Source of the DNA: Malacoraja senta
Lineage: Eukaryota
Reading direction: 5' to 3'
Assembly: GCA_038087875.1 (NCBI GenBank)
Contig: CM075991.1
Location: forward strand, 6,946,001 to 7,006,000
Length of the DNA stretch: 60,000 bases
The position numbers and the translations under genes are program-made. A model generated the notes under the pieces. That model was not told the origin of the DNA, made no database searches, and worked only from the letters and a program-made list of their open reading frames with translations. Every line of letters begins with the position of its first letter. Positions within the stretch are counted from its first letter, which is position 1. Positions 24,168 through 36,774 of the stretch are shown one piece after another.

Positions 24168-24803
24168 CAATAGACAATAGGTGCAGGAGTAGGCCATTCT
24201 GCCTTCAAGCCAGCACCGCCATTCAATGTGATCATGGCTGATCATCCCAATCAGTACCCCGTTCCTGCCTTCTCCCCATATCCCCTGACTCTGCTATCTT
24301 TAAGAGCCCTACCTAGCATTCTCTTGAAAGTATCCAGAGAACCGGCAGAGAATTCCACAGGCTCACAACTCCCTGTGGAGAAAAAGTGTTTCCTCGTCTC
24401 CATTCTAAATCGCTTACCCCCTATTCTTAAACTGTGGCCCCTGGTTCAGGACTCTCCCTACATCGGGAACATGTTTCCTGCCTCCAGCGTGTCGAAACCC
24501 TTAATAATCTTATATGTTTCAATAAGATGTCCTCTCATCCTTCTAAACTCCAGAGTGTACAAGCCCAGCCGCTCCATTCTCTCAGCATATGAAAGTCCCG
24601 CCATCCCGGGGAATTAACCTTGTAAACCTACGCTGCACTCCTCAATAGCAAGAATGTCCTTCCTCAAATTAGGGGACCAAAACTGCACACAATACTCTAG
24701 GTGTGGTCTCACTGGGGCCCTAGAGAACTGCAGAAGGACCTCTTTGCTCCTATACTCAACTCCTCTCGTTATAAAGGCCAACATGCCATTCGCTTTCTTC
24801 ACT
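24168..24803 (-). mobile_element. CR1 LINE 3' fragment
   Basis: Peptide KKANGMLAFITRG...[13 protein letters not shown]; (CTATTGT)n tail. Confidence 0.9.
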
Positions 24804-24825
24804 GACCTGATGTCAACAATTCTAT

Positions 24826-25257
24826 TTCAGTCTGAAGAAAGGTCCGAACCCAAAATGTTGATTATCCATGTTCAGCAGAGATGCACACAAAATGTTGGAG
24901 TAACTCAGCGGACAGGCAGCATCTCTGGATAGAAGGAATGGGTGACGTTTTGGGTCGAGACCCTTCTTCAGACTGAGAGTCAAGGGAGAGAGAGAGACAC
25001 AGAGATAAGGAAGTGTCAGGTGTGAAAACGAGACATAGAGCTGGAGAGCAGGAGGAATCACGGAGGGAGAGAAGCGAGAGAGGGTGTTGCAGACCTCTCG
25101 TCGGAGAGAGGAGGAGAACCTCTTCAAAGTAGGCATACCTTGAGGAGGTTTTGTGTTGCAGAACTCTCGCAGCCTGACCCTCTGAGTTACTCTAGCACTT
25201 TGCAGGGGTTGTTTTGTGTTTGTTTTGTAAACTAGCATCTGCAGTTCCCTGTGTCTC
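24826..25257. mobile_element. Nested Penelope 3' UTR fragments in both orientations
   Basis: Hammerhead-like cores at 24832 (+) and 24943-24971 (-); gcatctgcagttcc tail. Confidence 0.7.
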
Positions 25258-26085
25258 AATTCCAATTTAGTGCTTGGAAAAATAACACATTTAGAATCGT
25301 AGATAGTCACTAAAATTATTCACAATAATATCTTGCGTTTATGTAGAATCTCACTAATGAAAAAAAAAATTGGCAGAAGGGCAATATTAGCACAGGCAAA
25401 GAAAGCCTGGCCAAAATAGTCATTGTTAAGAACTATCTTATGGAAGACTGAATGGCAAAGGTTGTGAAGTTGGAGTCCAGATAGATAGGCCTGGCTACTG
25501 AAGGCAGACATTAGTGCTTGTGCAGTGGATCAGGAGGAACAGTGGGCCAATCCTGACCTTGTGAGCTGTCCGTGTGGAGTTTGCACGTTGGCAGCGTAGA
25601 AGATGGATGACACATGTTGCAGAAAACATGTGTTGCCAAAAATTCCAGCAAAAAAGTGTTGGAATAGTTGTCAAGAGATGACAAAGGCGTGATTGAGAGT
25701 TTAAACAGCACACAGGGTAAAGCAGTTGTCACAGAGTAATACATACAGCATGGACAACCGGCCCTTCAGACCCACTTGCCCGGGCCACACCTGCCCACTT
25801 GTGGCCCATACATCTCTAAAGCTTTCTTATCCACGTGTCTGCCCATGGAGTTAAGCCATGAGTGGAAAAGGAGTCACTGATGAAGAGGACGTGGGTCAGG
25901 AGACTGATCATCAGGTCAAATGTAACACCAAAGTTGCACACAATATCTGGTGTGGATGCAACATTTCTAATTTCCGTGATGCATAAATAATTCTTCCCAT
26001 TTTCAGGAAGTGAATTTGTCACGAAATATCTGGTGACTCGGTTGCCAGAATTTGAACAGACGAATATTAATTTCCAATATATCCT

Positions 26086-26365
26086 TTTTAGTATTAGAGA
26101 CACGGAGTGGCAACAGGCCCTTCGGCCCACCGAGTCCACGTCGACCATTAATCATCCGTACACGAGTTCTATCCGACACACTTGGGACAATTTGCAGAAG
26201 ACAATTGACCTACAAACCTGCACATCTATGTAATGTGGGAGGAAACCGGAGCACCAGGAGCAAACCCATACGGTCACACGTACCAACTCCGGACATACAG
26301 CACCCGTAGTCAGGGTCTCTGGTGCTGTAGGGCAACAACCCTACCGCTGCGCCACTGTGCTGCCC
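26086..26365 (-). mobile_element. HE1-like tRNA V-SINE
   Basis: A box TGGCGCAGCGG, V-domain. Confidence 0.85.
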
Positions 26366-26580
26366 TCTTCAGCAATTCTGATACTTTGGATTTATTTAGC
26401 TGGTTGTCTCCCACCAGGATGTTACCGGCAATTTGTTTCAATCTGACTTGCTCTTCCTTATGACAGAAGCTGCAATTCCAGTCAATAGCAACTGACTTGG
26501 AGAAGTGCTGGCGTTTAAGCAAAAGAGTTGCCAATGCTGCCCTCTGCTGCTGTCAGAATGAACATTCACCTTATAATTCT

Positions 26581-26675
26581 AAGGTAGACAAAAAAGCTGG
26601 AGAAACTCAGCGGGTGAGGCAGCTTCTATGGAGCGAAGGAATAGGTGACGTTTCGGGTCAAGACACTTCTTCAGA
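26581..26675 (-). mobile_element. Penelope 3' UTR fragment
   Basis: Minus strand: ctgaagaagtgtcttgacccgaaacgtca. Confidence 0.75.
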
Positions 26676-26809
26676 GACCATTCTTCATTATAAATTCTGC
26701 TGTCTTTTCCAGAAAACCAGAGATTGATACAAAATATTCCTTCGCAGATTGTTTTTCAATGATTAGGGTAATCTCAATATTGCGTGAACATCATATATAT
26801 TTGTGCACA

Positions 26810-27127
26810 GAGTCTCTTGCCCAGAGTAGGTGAATCGAGGATCAGAGGACATAGGTTTAAGGTGAAGGGGAAATTAATTTATAGGAATCTGGCGGGGTAA
26901 CTTTGTCACACAAAGGGTGGTGGGTGTATGGAACAAGCTGCCAGAGGAGGTAGTTGAGGCAGGGACTATCCCAACATTTAAGAAACATTTAGATAGATAC
27001 ATGGATAGGACAGGTTTGGAGGGATATGATCCAAACGCGGGCAGGTAGGACTAGTTTAGCTTGGACACGTTGGCCTGCGTGGGCAAGTTGGGCCAAATGG
27101 CCTATTTCCATGCTGTATGACTATGAC
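26810..27127 (+). mobile_element. CR1 3' end
   Basis: cacaaagggtggtgggtgtatggaacaagctgccagagg; (ATGACT)n tail. Confidence 0.85.
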
Positions 27128-27838
27128 TAAATATAATACTGAAATAACCATTTCACCAGCATGGTGTGAGGTGTGATCTGATTTTTCCCAGCTCTAAATC
27201 TTGGCGGTGGTAGTATGCATTGGTGCCCATGATATTGAAGTGTCTGCTTCAGTGGAAAAACAAACAGGCAACTTATACAAGGGTAGTATGATATTCCCCT
27301 TAGAAAATAGGCTGGATTGATATTGGCTGTTACACATACACGAAGGCTCAGACTTGCTTCCCGTCTGCACGAGACCGGGAGTTGATAAAGTGACCTGCAA
27401 GTCAAAAAGATGTGAGACGTTTGGTCAGCATTATTTAGTTGCCATTTATTTTGAAGGACAGCTTCGGATATTTCTAAAGGTTGCACCCACTTATTTCCAC
27501 AACGCAATTCCTAAAAGCTGTTATTGAAAAGCAGTGATTGAGGAGATGACATTTAGAAAATCTGTAGGGCAAAATATTCTGCATTCACGTCAAAATACAT
27601 CGTGTAAAGGTGTCCGGCAATCGTCTTCATAGCAGTGAGAAGTTCTTGGGGAATTGAACCATTGGACTAATCTCGAGAAGCCGACTGGCAAAGCAACAGA
27701 AATTAGATGGGGATACATCCACTTTAAATGGGAACGATGATGTTGTGCAGAATGTACATTGGTACGTGAGTTTCCTCAGAATCCCAGGTTCTCCATTAGA
27801 TTGGCATCTATATACCTCTGAGAGAAATTTTATAGAAA

Positions 27839-28146
27839 TAGTTTAGTTTAGAGATACAGCGCGGAAACAGGCCCTTTGGCCCACGGAGTCAGCATCGACC
27901 AGCGATCCCCGCACATTAACATTATCCTACACACACTAGGAACAATTTACATTTATACCAAGCCTATTAACCTACACACCTGTACGTCTTTGGAGTGTGG
28001 GAGGAACCGAAGATCTGGGCGAAAACCCACGCGGTCACGGGGAGAACGTACAAGCTCCGTCCAAACCACCCGGAGTTGGTATCGAACCCGTGTCTCTGGT
28101 GCTGAAAGCGCTGTAGGGCAGCAACTCTACCGCTGCGCCACTGTGC
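27839..28146 (-). mobile_element. HE1-like tRNA V-SINE
   Basis: A and B boxes, V-domain, (CTAAA)n tail. Confidence 0.9.
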
Positions 28147-28279
28147 AGGATGGTTTCCACCAGCTGGATTCTGATCAATGTAAATTGTTTTAGCAACAAC
28201 CAAAGATGTAGGCAATCTGAACTCTCAAGAATTTAGAACAAATATTCTAAAATGGGTAACTGCTTTGATTCTCCATTTC

Positions 28280-28790
28280 TAGTTTAGTTTCGTTTAGTTT
28301 GTTGCCATGTGTACCGAGTACAGTGAAAAGCTTTTTGTTGCATGATATCCAGCCACCGGAAAGACTATACATGATTACAATTGAGCCGTCCATTGTGTGC
28401 AGATACAGGATCAATGGAATAACATATATTGCAAGATAAAGTCTGATTAAAGATAGTCGAGGGTCTCCAATGAGGTAGATGGCAGCTCATGACTGCCCTC
28501 TAGTTGTGGGTAGGATGGTTCAATTGCCTGATAACAGCTTTGAAGAAACTTGTCTCTGAATCTGGAGGTGTGTGTTTTCACACTTCCGTACCTCTTGCCT
28601 GATGGGAGAGGGGAGAAGAGGTAGTGACCGGGGTGAGACTGGTCCTTGATTATGCTGGCGGCCTTGCCGAGGGAGTGTGGTAGTGTAGATCGAGTCTATG
28701 GGAGGGAGGTTGGTTTGTGTGATGGTCTGGGCTGCGTCCACAATCTTCTGCAATTTCTTGCGGTCTTGGATGGAGCTGTTCCCACACCGG
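28280..28790 (-). mobile_element. Rex1/Babar LINE 3' end
   Basis: Peptide GNSSIQDRKKLQKIVDAAQTITQTNLPPIDSIY. Confidence 0.85.
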
Positions 28791-29423
28791 CTTTGCGGCT
28801 TTCTTTCAACCTTTCCCGTGACTATCATTCATGTTAGGACTGGTGGTGAGAAGTGGACAACACTGTAGGTATTCTGAATGGTCGTGAAGTGCAGCTGTGG
28901 GGCTTGGTGGAAATTTTTTGATGCCTATTGCGTTGATTTTTAAGCGTCCTTTAAGGTAAGGTAAACATTTGATCGGCTGGATATTTTTAGCAGTCTAGCA
29001 GTATGTTTTCACGTACTAATCTAAGCAGATGTAGAGATAGGGATTGAAAGCAGAAATGGTTCTGCACTGACCTCAGTTTTGTTCTGGAAAACAAACTTAG
29101 GGGCAATTAGTAGTCCAAACACAATAACATTACTTAAGAATGAGAACATAAAGGGGAACAGGAGTTTGTTATTTGGTCTTTTAAACTTGTTCTGCCATTC
29201 CGTAAGATCTTGACTGATCGACCCCCTGATTCAGCTCCATCTTCCACAACACCTTAGTTTCTCTTAATATCGGAAATATCAGTTGTGTGGATTATTGATG
29301 ACTGAACATCTTACAGTCCTCATTTGGTGAAGCCATGTCACCGAATACCCTAACAAACCTACATGTGTACTATAGAAAGAGTCCAGAACTGGTACGGTAA
29401 TTCCACGCACAGGAATATAAGTC

Positions 29424-29729
29424 AGGCGGAATGGTGGCACAGCGGTAGAGTTGTTGCCTTGCTGCGCCAGAGACCCGGGTTCGATCTTGACTACGGGTGC
29501 CGTCTGTACGGACTTTGTACGTTCTCCCGTGACCCGCGGAGGTTTTCTCTGGGTGCTCTGGTTTCTACCCACACTCCAAAGACGTATAGGTTTGTAGGCT
29601 AATTGGCTTGGTAAAATTGTAAATTGTCCCTAGTGTGTGTAGGATAGTGTTAGTGTGCAAGGATTGCTGATCGGCGCGGAATAGCTGGGCCAAAGGGCCT
29701 GTTTCCGCACTGTATCTAAACTAAACTAA
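29424..29729 (+). mobile_element. Full-length HE1-like tRNA V-SINE
   Basis: A box TGGCACAGCGG, B box GGTTCGATC, V-domain, CR1-like tail. Confidence 0.92.
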
Positions 29730-29881
29730 GAAAGCATCTACATGAGGTGCTACTACAAGAAGGCGGCATCCATTATCAAAGATCATCTGGGCTATGTCCT
29801 CTTCTTACTGCTGCCATCAGGCAGGTTATACAGAATCCTGAAGTTGCTCACCACCAGGTTCAGGATTTGCTACTTTCGCCA

Positions 29882-30354
29882 CATAATCATAATCATAATC
29901 ATACTTTATTAGCCAAGTATGTTTTGCAACATACGAGGAATTTGATTTGCCATACAGTCGTCATACCAATAAAAAGCAACAGAACACACAAAATACATTT
30001 TAACATAAACATCCACCACAGTGACTCCTCCACATTCCTCACTGTGATGGAAGGCGAAAAAAGTTCAATCTCACCCTTCTTTGTCCTCCAGCGGTTGGGG
30101 GCCTTTAACCTTCTGTTGATGGGAAGATCTTATTCCCGTAGCCAGCGGCGGGCCTCCTCGTCGGGACGATCAAGCTCCTGCATCGGGGGGGAATCTCAGC
30201 TTCCATGCGCCGGGTGATCAGACCCTGGGTCGGGCCGGTCGAACGCTGTGCGTTTTGGAGCTTCCCGACGTCAGTCTCAACCCGAGAGACTGCGAGCTCC
30301 TTGATGTTAAAGTCCTCAGGCTTGGAGCGTCGATGTCAGGCAAGGAATCGGCTC
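29882..30354 (-). mobile_element. Non-autonomous element with a Rex1-type tail, cut off by the gap
   Basis: Minus-strand end ...catacttggctaataaagtatgattatgattatg; GC-rich body. Confidence 0.55.
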
Positions 30355-30554
30355 NNNNNNNNNNNNNNNNNNNNNNNNNNNNNNNNNNNNNNNNNNNNNN
30401 NNNNNNNNNNNNNNNNNNNNNNNNNNNNNNNNNNNNNNNNNNNNNNNNNNNNNNNNNNNNNNNNNNNNNNNNNNNNNNNNNNNNNNNNNNNNNNNNNNNN
30501 NNNNNNNNNNNNNNNNNNNNNNNNNNNNNNNNNNNNNNNNNNNNNNNNNNNNNN
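30355..30554. other. Assembly gap (200 N)
   Basis: Run of N. Confidence 0.98.
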
Positions 30555-30960
30555 GAAAGAGGACAGGGAGAAAGAGAAGGAGAAAGAGAAGGAGAAAGAG
30601 AAAGGAGAAAGAGAAGGAGAAGAGAAGGAGAAAGAGAAGGAGGAAAGAGAAGGAGAAAGAGAAGGAGAAAGAGAAGGAGAAAGAGAAGGAGAAAGAGAAG
30701 GAGAAAGAGAAGGAGAAAGAGAAGGAGAAAGAGAAGGAGAAAGAGAAGGAGAAAGAGAAGGAGAAAGAGAAGGAGAAAGAGAAGGAGAAAGAGAAGGAGA
30801 AAGAGAAGGAGAAAGAGAAGGAGAAAGAGAAGGAGAAAGAGAAGGAGAAGGAGAAGGAGAAGGAGAAGGAGAAGGAGAAGGAGAAGGAGAAGGAGAAGGA
30901 GAAAGGAGAAGGAGAAGGAGAAGGAGAAAGGAGAAGGAGAAGGAGAAGGAGAAGCAGAAA
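30555..30960 (+). repeat. Purine microsatellite (GAAGGAGAAAGA)n grading into (GAAGGA)n
   Basis: Direct reading. Confidence 0.95.
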
Positions 30961-32510
30961 GCAGGAAGTAAAGGAAGGGAAGAAACGTGAAAAAAACAGA
31001 AAGAAAGAGAGGTGATGAAAAGAGAGAAGATAAAAGATAAATGAAAAGAAAGCGGGGCTTCTCCCTGCTAGCTGTGTTCCCCTTTTGCAGGTTTGGAGGA
31101 AGACTGTCGCACTAGGAGAAAGGCTACCAGCGCCTCCTCTTTGAGGCCATGACTGACTGGGGGGGGCAAGTCTGAGTGCCAGTATCTCATCACCTGCTCC
31201 TCCCCCCCCCCCCCCCACATGCAACAAGGGAGTGCGCCAATACACATGGTGCAAAGACTGAGCTGCCAGGACATACCTGAGTCTGCCAGCACCTCATCTG
31301 AGGCAAAGACTGAGCTACCGAAACAAACCCGATATCGCCAGTGCCTCCTCTTCAAAGCAGACTGACTGAGCTGCGAGGACAAACCCGACAGCCAACATTC
31401 CTTCAAGGCATAGACCAAGTCGTCGGGACAAGCCTGAGACTGCCAGTGCCTCTGAGCTGCCAGGACAAGCCTGAGTCCACCAGCATCTTCTCCTGAGTGA
31501 ACTGCAGGGAAATCGCTGAGCCTCCTTCTTCGAGATTTGGACTGAACCGCCGGGACAAGCCCAAGATCGCAGTGTATCCTCACATTCACATTGATGATGA
31601 GGGACTGCTTTTCCTATGTGGACCTGGACCTTCTCATCCCAATTGTTATTCACTATAAATAGACCATATCAGGTGAGTGCACCCTACTGCGAGTGTTGGT
31701 GTAGTCATTGTCGAGCTGGCGTAATCCCTGATGCTACAGCATTAAATAATTGGAACTGGAATGTGGTGTTGATATGTACATTGACTGCATTTTTTCAGAT
31801 CTTTTGCCAACAAGGCAGCGTATAGATGAATAATAACTAAATATACTTTCTTGATGGATAATTGAGTAAGGGAAGACAATGTTATGTTGCTACTTTAAGG
31901 TGGCCACCTTTTTTTAGAGAAGTGTGGACCCACCAGGTCCACACTGACTATCGACTGCCCATCAACACAAGTTGTACGTTATCCCACTTTTGCATCCAAT
32001 CCCTGCACACAAAAGGAAAACGCACACTAAACCCACACAGTCGCAGGGAGAACCTGCATACTCCACACAGACAGCACCTAACGTTTCTGATGACACAGCG
32101 AAGAACTCCGTCCATGTCAATTGCTTTGTATGTGTTAACTCCCAGGAAGGCAGTTTGTTGTTTTGTGATGGTGATCATGGATACAGGTGCATCTGAAATG
32201 GCCCAGTATACATTGAGCTCGTCGGGTAGGGACTATTTGTCAGCAATACTGTCTGATTTAACTTTGTAGTCCATGATTGCATGCAAGTCTTGCCACCATA
32301 CCTACAGTATATAATGGAAACTTTGGTCATTTTGCCAACAAACAGTACGCATGGATAGAGAGTGAATCTGTACATCATGTTCACCTTCCAGCATGGGTAA
32401 TGATCATTGAGAATTGAAAAAGAAACTCTTAAATGAATGCTTGGAAAATAAGGCATGATAAAGATAATGTTAATAGTTAAGTACCTTCAGATGACTGGCA
32501 TATTGCCATT

Positions 32511-33084
32511 TAGACAATAGACAATAGGTGCAGTAGGCCATTCGGCCCTTCGATCCAGCACCGCCATTCAATGTGATCATGGCTGATCATCCCAATCAGT
32601 ACCCTGTTCCTGCCTTCTCCCCATATCCCCTGACTCCACTATTTTTAAGAGCCCCTATCTAGCTCTCTCTTGAAAGCATCCAGAGAACCTGCCTCCACCG
32701 CCCTCTTGAGGCAGAGAATTCCACAGACTCACCACTCTCTGTGAGAAAAAGTGTTTCCTCGTCTCCGTTCTAAATGGCTTACTCCTTATTCTTCAACTGT
32801 GGCCCCTGGTTCTGCTCCCCCAACATCGGGAACACGTTTCCTGCCTCTAGCGTGTCCAAACCCTTAACAATCTTGTATGTTTCAATGAGATTGCCTCTCA
32901 TCCTTCTAAATGACAGTCCCGCCATCCTGGGAATTAACCTTATAAACCTACCTTATAAATTAACACTGTAACCTTATAAACCTCCCTCAATAACAAGAAT
33001 GTCCTTCCTCAAATTAGGGGACCAAAACTGCACACAATACTCCAGGTGTGGTCTCACTAGGGCTCTGTACAACTGCAGAAGGAC
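32511..33084 (-). mobile_element. CR1 LINE 3' fragment
   Basis: Same subfamily as 24168-24803. Confidence 0.9.
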
Positions 33085-33444
33085 ATTTATCCAACTCTGA
33101 AAAGAATTTGAAAAAACGTTTCACTGTACTTGTACACATGACAATAAACTGGACTAAAGTTAGAATGCAAATATTTCCCTGAGCTTGTCCAGAAATAAAC
33201 GGCTGATAAGTATTATTTTATTTATATTATTGTAAATATTCATAATATTGATAGGATCTTAAATATTGATGTGCGCTTAAAATCAAGCACTTTTCCCGCA
33301 AACTCTGGGACTTGCACCCAAAGGTTGTGAAGCTTAGGGTAAATTAAAATTTCATGTTTGAGATTGTTGTTAGATAAACATACTTTGTGATACGGACAAA
33401 CTCGGATGAATCTCGTCCAGGCTGGGATCTAATTGAATAGATTG

Positions 33445-33943
33445 GGTAGGAAGGACCTGCAGATGCTGGTTTACACCGAAGATGGACTCATGATGCTGGA
33501 ATAATTCAGCAGGACAGACCGCACCTTTGGAGAGAAGGTACAGGAATAGGTAAAGGAAACCCTGAAGAAGGGTTCCGACTCGAAATTTCCTTTTCTCCAG
33601 AGATGTTGCCTGACCTCCTGAGTTAAGCCCCTGTCCCACTTTCCCGAGTTACTCACGAATTCTCCCGCGTTTTCCCCTTGATTCAAACTCGGAGAATGTC
33701 CGTAGCGAGTCCGTAGACATTTCGTAGCGGCTCGTAATGCCAGCCGTAGGTACTCGGGGCATCAGGTAAGTCGGGATGTTTTTTCAGCATGTTGAAAAAT
33801 GCCACGAGTAAAAAAAAAAAGCCCCGAGTACCCGCGGCTGGCTATTATCGTAATTCACCGAGTTTGAATCAAGGGAAAACTCGGGAGAATTCGTGGTAAC
33901 TCGGGAAAGAGGAACAGGGGCTTTACTCCAGCATTTTGTATCC
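33445..33943 (-). mobile_element. Penelope-derived fold-back mini-element containing a Harbinger MITE
   Basis: Direct repeat ATCTAATTGAATAGATTG (33427-33444 / 33944-33961). Confidence 0.8.
33626..33922. mobile_element. PIF/Harbinger MITE
   Basis: ~65-bp TIR starting AGCCCCTGTCCCACTTTCCCGAGTTAC; TTA TSD (33623-33625 / 33923-33925). Confidence 0.9.
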
Positions 33944-34080
33944 ATCTAATTGAATAGATTGTTTGGTGTGGCCCCCTGTTGGTCAGTTTTCAATGTATAC
34001 TGCAGGTTACTTCAATGGCAACTTGTGCAGATAAAAGTTCAAGAAATTGATCAAGACCTGGGTCGAATTAGTGGTCAAAA

Positions 34081-34303
34081 TGTGTGGGAAGGAACTGCAG
34101 ATGCTGGTTTATACCGAGACACAGTGTGCTGAAGTAACTCAGTGGGTCAGGCAGCATCTCCGAAGAAAAAGAATAGGTGACTATTCAGGTCAGAACCCTT
34201 CTTCAGTATGAAGCAAGATTCGGACCCAGAACGTCACCTATTCATTTTCTCCAGAGATGCTTCCTGACCCACTGAGTTACTCCAGCATTTTGTGCCTATC
34301 TTC
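34081..34303. mobile_element. Penelope-derived fold-back element
   Basis: Inverted arms centred on cttcagtatgaag (~34207). Confidence 0.8.
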
Positions 34304-34731
34304 AGCCCAGCATTTCTTTCACAGCAACATTAATCCAGACTTCGTTAAAGTTGATTTTCAATATATTTTCTAATTGATGAAATCCACTGCAAACACTGTA
34401 ATTCTTTTTTTTTGGGGGGGGGGGGGGATTTAAAAGGTAGTTGTTAACGGCTGCTGAAACATTAATTTAGAATGAATTTGACACATCAGAACATGCAGGT
34501 TATAAATTCTGAAACATTGAAACTAAATTGTTTTCTCTATTGCTCGATTCCATTGTGGAGTCCTGGGTATAGAAGATGCCATTAAGCTGCACAAAATAGG
34601 TGTTTCCTTTGTAAGTGTAGAAACGAGGAACTGCAGATGCTGGTATACACAAAACCACACAAATTGCTGGAGGCTGGAGTAACTCAGCAGGTCAGGCAAT
34701 ATCTCTGCCTGTCCCACTGAGTTATTCCTAT

Positions 34732-35038
34732 GGGCAGCATGGTGGCATAGCGGTAGAGTTGCTGCCTTGCAGCGCCACAGACCCGGGCTCGATCCCGACT
34801 ACGGGCGCTGTCTGTGCGGAGTTTGTACGTTCTCCCCGTGACCTGCGTGGGTTTTGTCTGAGATTTTCGGTTTCCTCCCACACTCCAAAGACATACAGGT
34901 TTGTAGGTTAATTGGCCTGGTATAAGTGTAAATTGTCTCTAATGTGTGTAGGATAGTGTTAATGTGCGGGGATCACTGGTCAGTGCGGACTCGGTGGGTC
35001 GATGGGCCTGTTTCTGCGCTGTATCGCTAAACTGTAAA
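34732..35038 (+). mobile_element. HE1-like tRNA V-SINE
   Basis: A and B boxes, V-domain, tail. Confidence 0.9.
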
Positions 35039-35739
35039 TCATTTCAAAGCATATAAGATTTACACACATATAAGCTACACTTTGTGTCCTTTTTTTTTAC
35101 CCTTTCTAAGTGATTAACAAAAGACTACTCTTTTTAAAAAAAATAATGAAAAGGAACCCATTAAATACTTCCAGATCCTAATATCGGGAAACCGCAGATT
35201 TGCTCTCCGCCTATGCGTGTGATTTTCTGCACAGGATTATTATTCTTAACACAAAAATCCACGTGCTTAAACTTCTCTTTTAGAGGATTAGGTTACTAAA
35301 GAACACAGTGACGATGATCTCAGATGTACAGGCCACAAAGTTCCTTGCATTCCTTTTGTACCCATGTTCTTTTATTATTAAAAAGTTTTTTTTTCTTTTT
35401 TTTTCCGCTGGTTGACTTTTTACTTTAGTTCCTGGGAGGCACTGAACTGCTCCTTAGAACAGAAACATGACAATACTGCTTCATTCATCAGACAGATGTT
35501 GAATCTGACTCGTGCTTTGACTGCTGATTGTACGTAAATCCTGCTTGAAATCACTTTTGCAGCCTTTTAACTTGTTAGCCATAAGCCTCTTTGTATATGT
35601 CTGAAGAGGGAGTGGCCGGGGTGAGACTGGTCCTTGATTATGCTGGTGGCCTTGCCGAGGCAGCGTGAAGTGTAAATGGAGTCTATGGAAGGGAAGTTTG
35701 CGTGATGGCCATAATAGGCCATAATAATGTATGTTTAAC

Positions 35740-36480
35740 CTGTGGTTGAGTGGTAACATTCTCACCACCAAGTCAAAAGGTTTTGGGTTCAGGACCCACA
35801 TCAGTGTCCAAGTCAAGACTGATGCTCCCGGTACAATACTGAGAGAATATTGTTCTGGACCCACTGTCTTTTGCAGTGATTTTGAACTAAGGCCCCCTCG
35901 GGTCTCCAAGACTGGTGAAAAAAAATCACAGAGGGTAATTATCTCTGTAGCCATGGCCAACATGTATCTCTGAATTAGTGTCACTGAAGAACTAATTGTC
36001 TGGTCATTATTGCATTGCTGTTTGCAGCAAAGATCCTATAGCGGAGCAAGATAGACCACTCCTGCTAAATGCAATGGGCTGACGTGTAGTACGCAACGGA
36101 GCGGAACGTGGGCCTTTTTTTCATCCATTTCAGTAACCCGACCCGACTCGCAGTGCAATCAACATTGCGGGGGAACAGTTTGCGTTAATAAATTATGATT
36201 CTGAAAATGAGGAGAAGATTTTTACCAAAGAACTGTTATTTTAACGAGGATGTTTCCGTAACCGGCTTCCGTCTCCGCACTAGTATCTTTGCTCCGCTAT
36301 GGGATCTTTGGTGCGGAGACAGAAGCCGGTTACGGAAATGGGGCTGAAAATTACCCATGAATCTGCCCATGACCATATTACGTCTTTTTGGTCGCGTGAT
36401 CTATCTTGCTTGCTATAGGATCTTTGGTTTGCAGGACCTGGATGTGGCTACCATGTTTCTGGCACTTCAACAGTTCAGAA
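35740..36480 (+). mobile_element. Old Deu-domain SINE (SacSINE1-like) split by a MITE
   Basis: tRNA-like head, then tggccaacatgtatctctg...tctggtcattattgcattgctgtttg. Confidence 0.65.
36028..36426. mobile_element. MITE with CAAAG termini (P-element-like; hAT not excluded)
   Basis: TIR CAAAGATCCTATAGC..AGCAAGATAGA; 8-bp TSD GTTTGCAG (36020-36027 / 36427-36434). Confidence 0.85.
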
Positions 36481-36774
36481 GTCACCTCAATGACTAATGT
36501 GCTATGGAAAATGCAATAGGCAGTAGTGAAAGCTAAATAAATAATGCCATGGGAGGAACGTGATCTACCTACGATAAAGTTCATGCTCCATTCATTTTAT
36601 TTATTCATGAGATGTGGATGTTGCTTGCAATGCTGGTGTTCATTGTTCTGAGTTGGAGTTGAATACAGGTGTATTTCATCCCTGAAGGAGATCAGTAATT
36701 TTTTTTAAAATTTTAACAACCCTGTTACTTCATTGTGAGATATGAGACAAGGTTTCTGTTTAAAATTTATCGGG

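Noticed and set aside
29424..29495. tRNA gene (A and B boxes)
   Set aside because: It is a SINE head continuing into a V-domain and LINE tail; the same applies to all copies
30205..31254. Long ORFs of 238-312 aa
   Set aside because: They read through the N gap and a purine microsatellite
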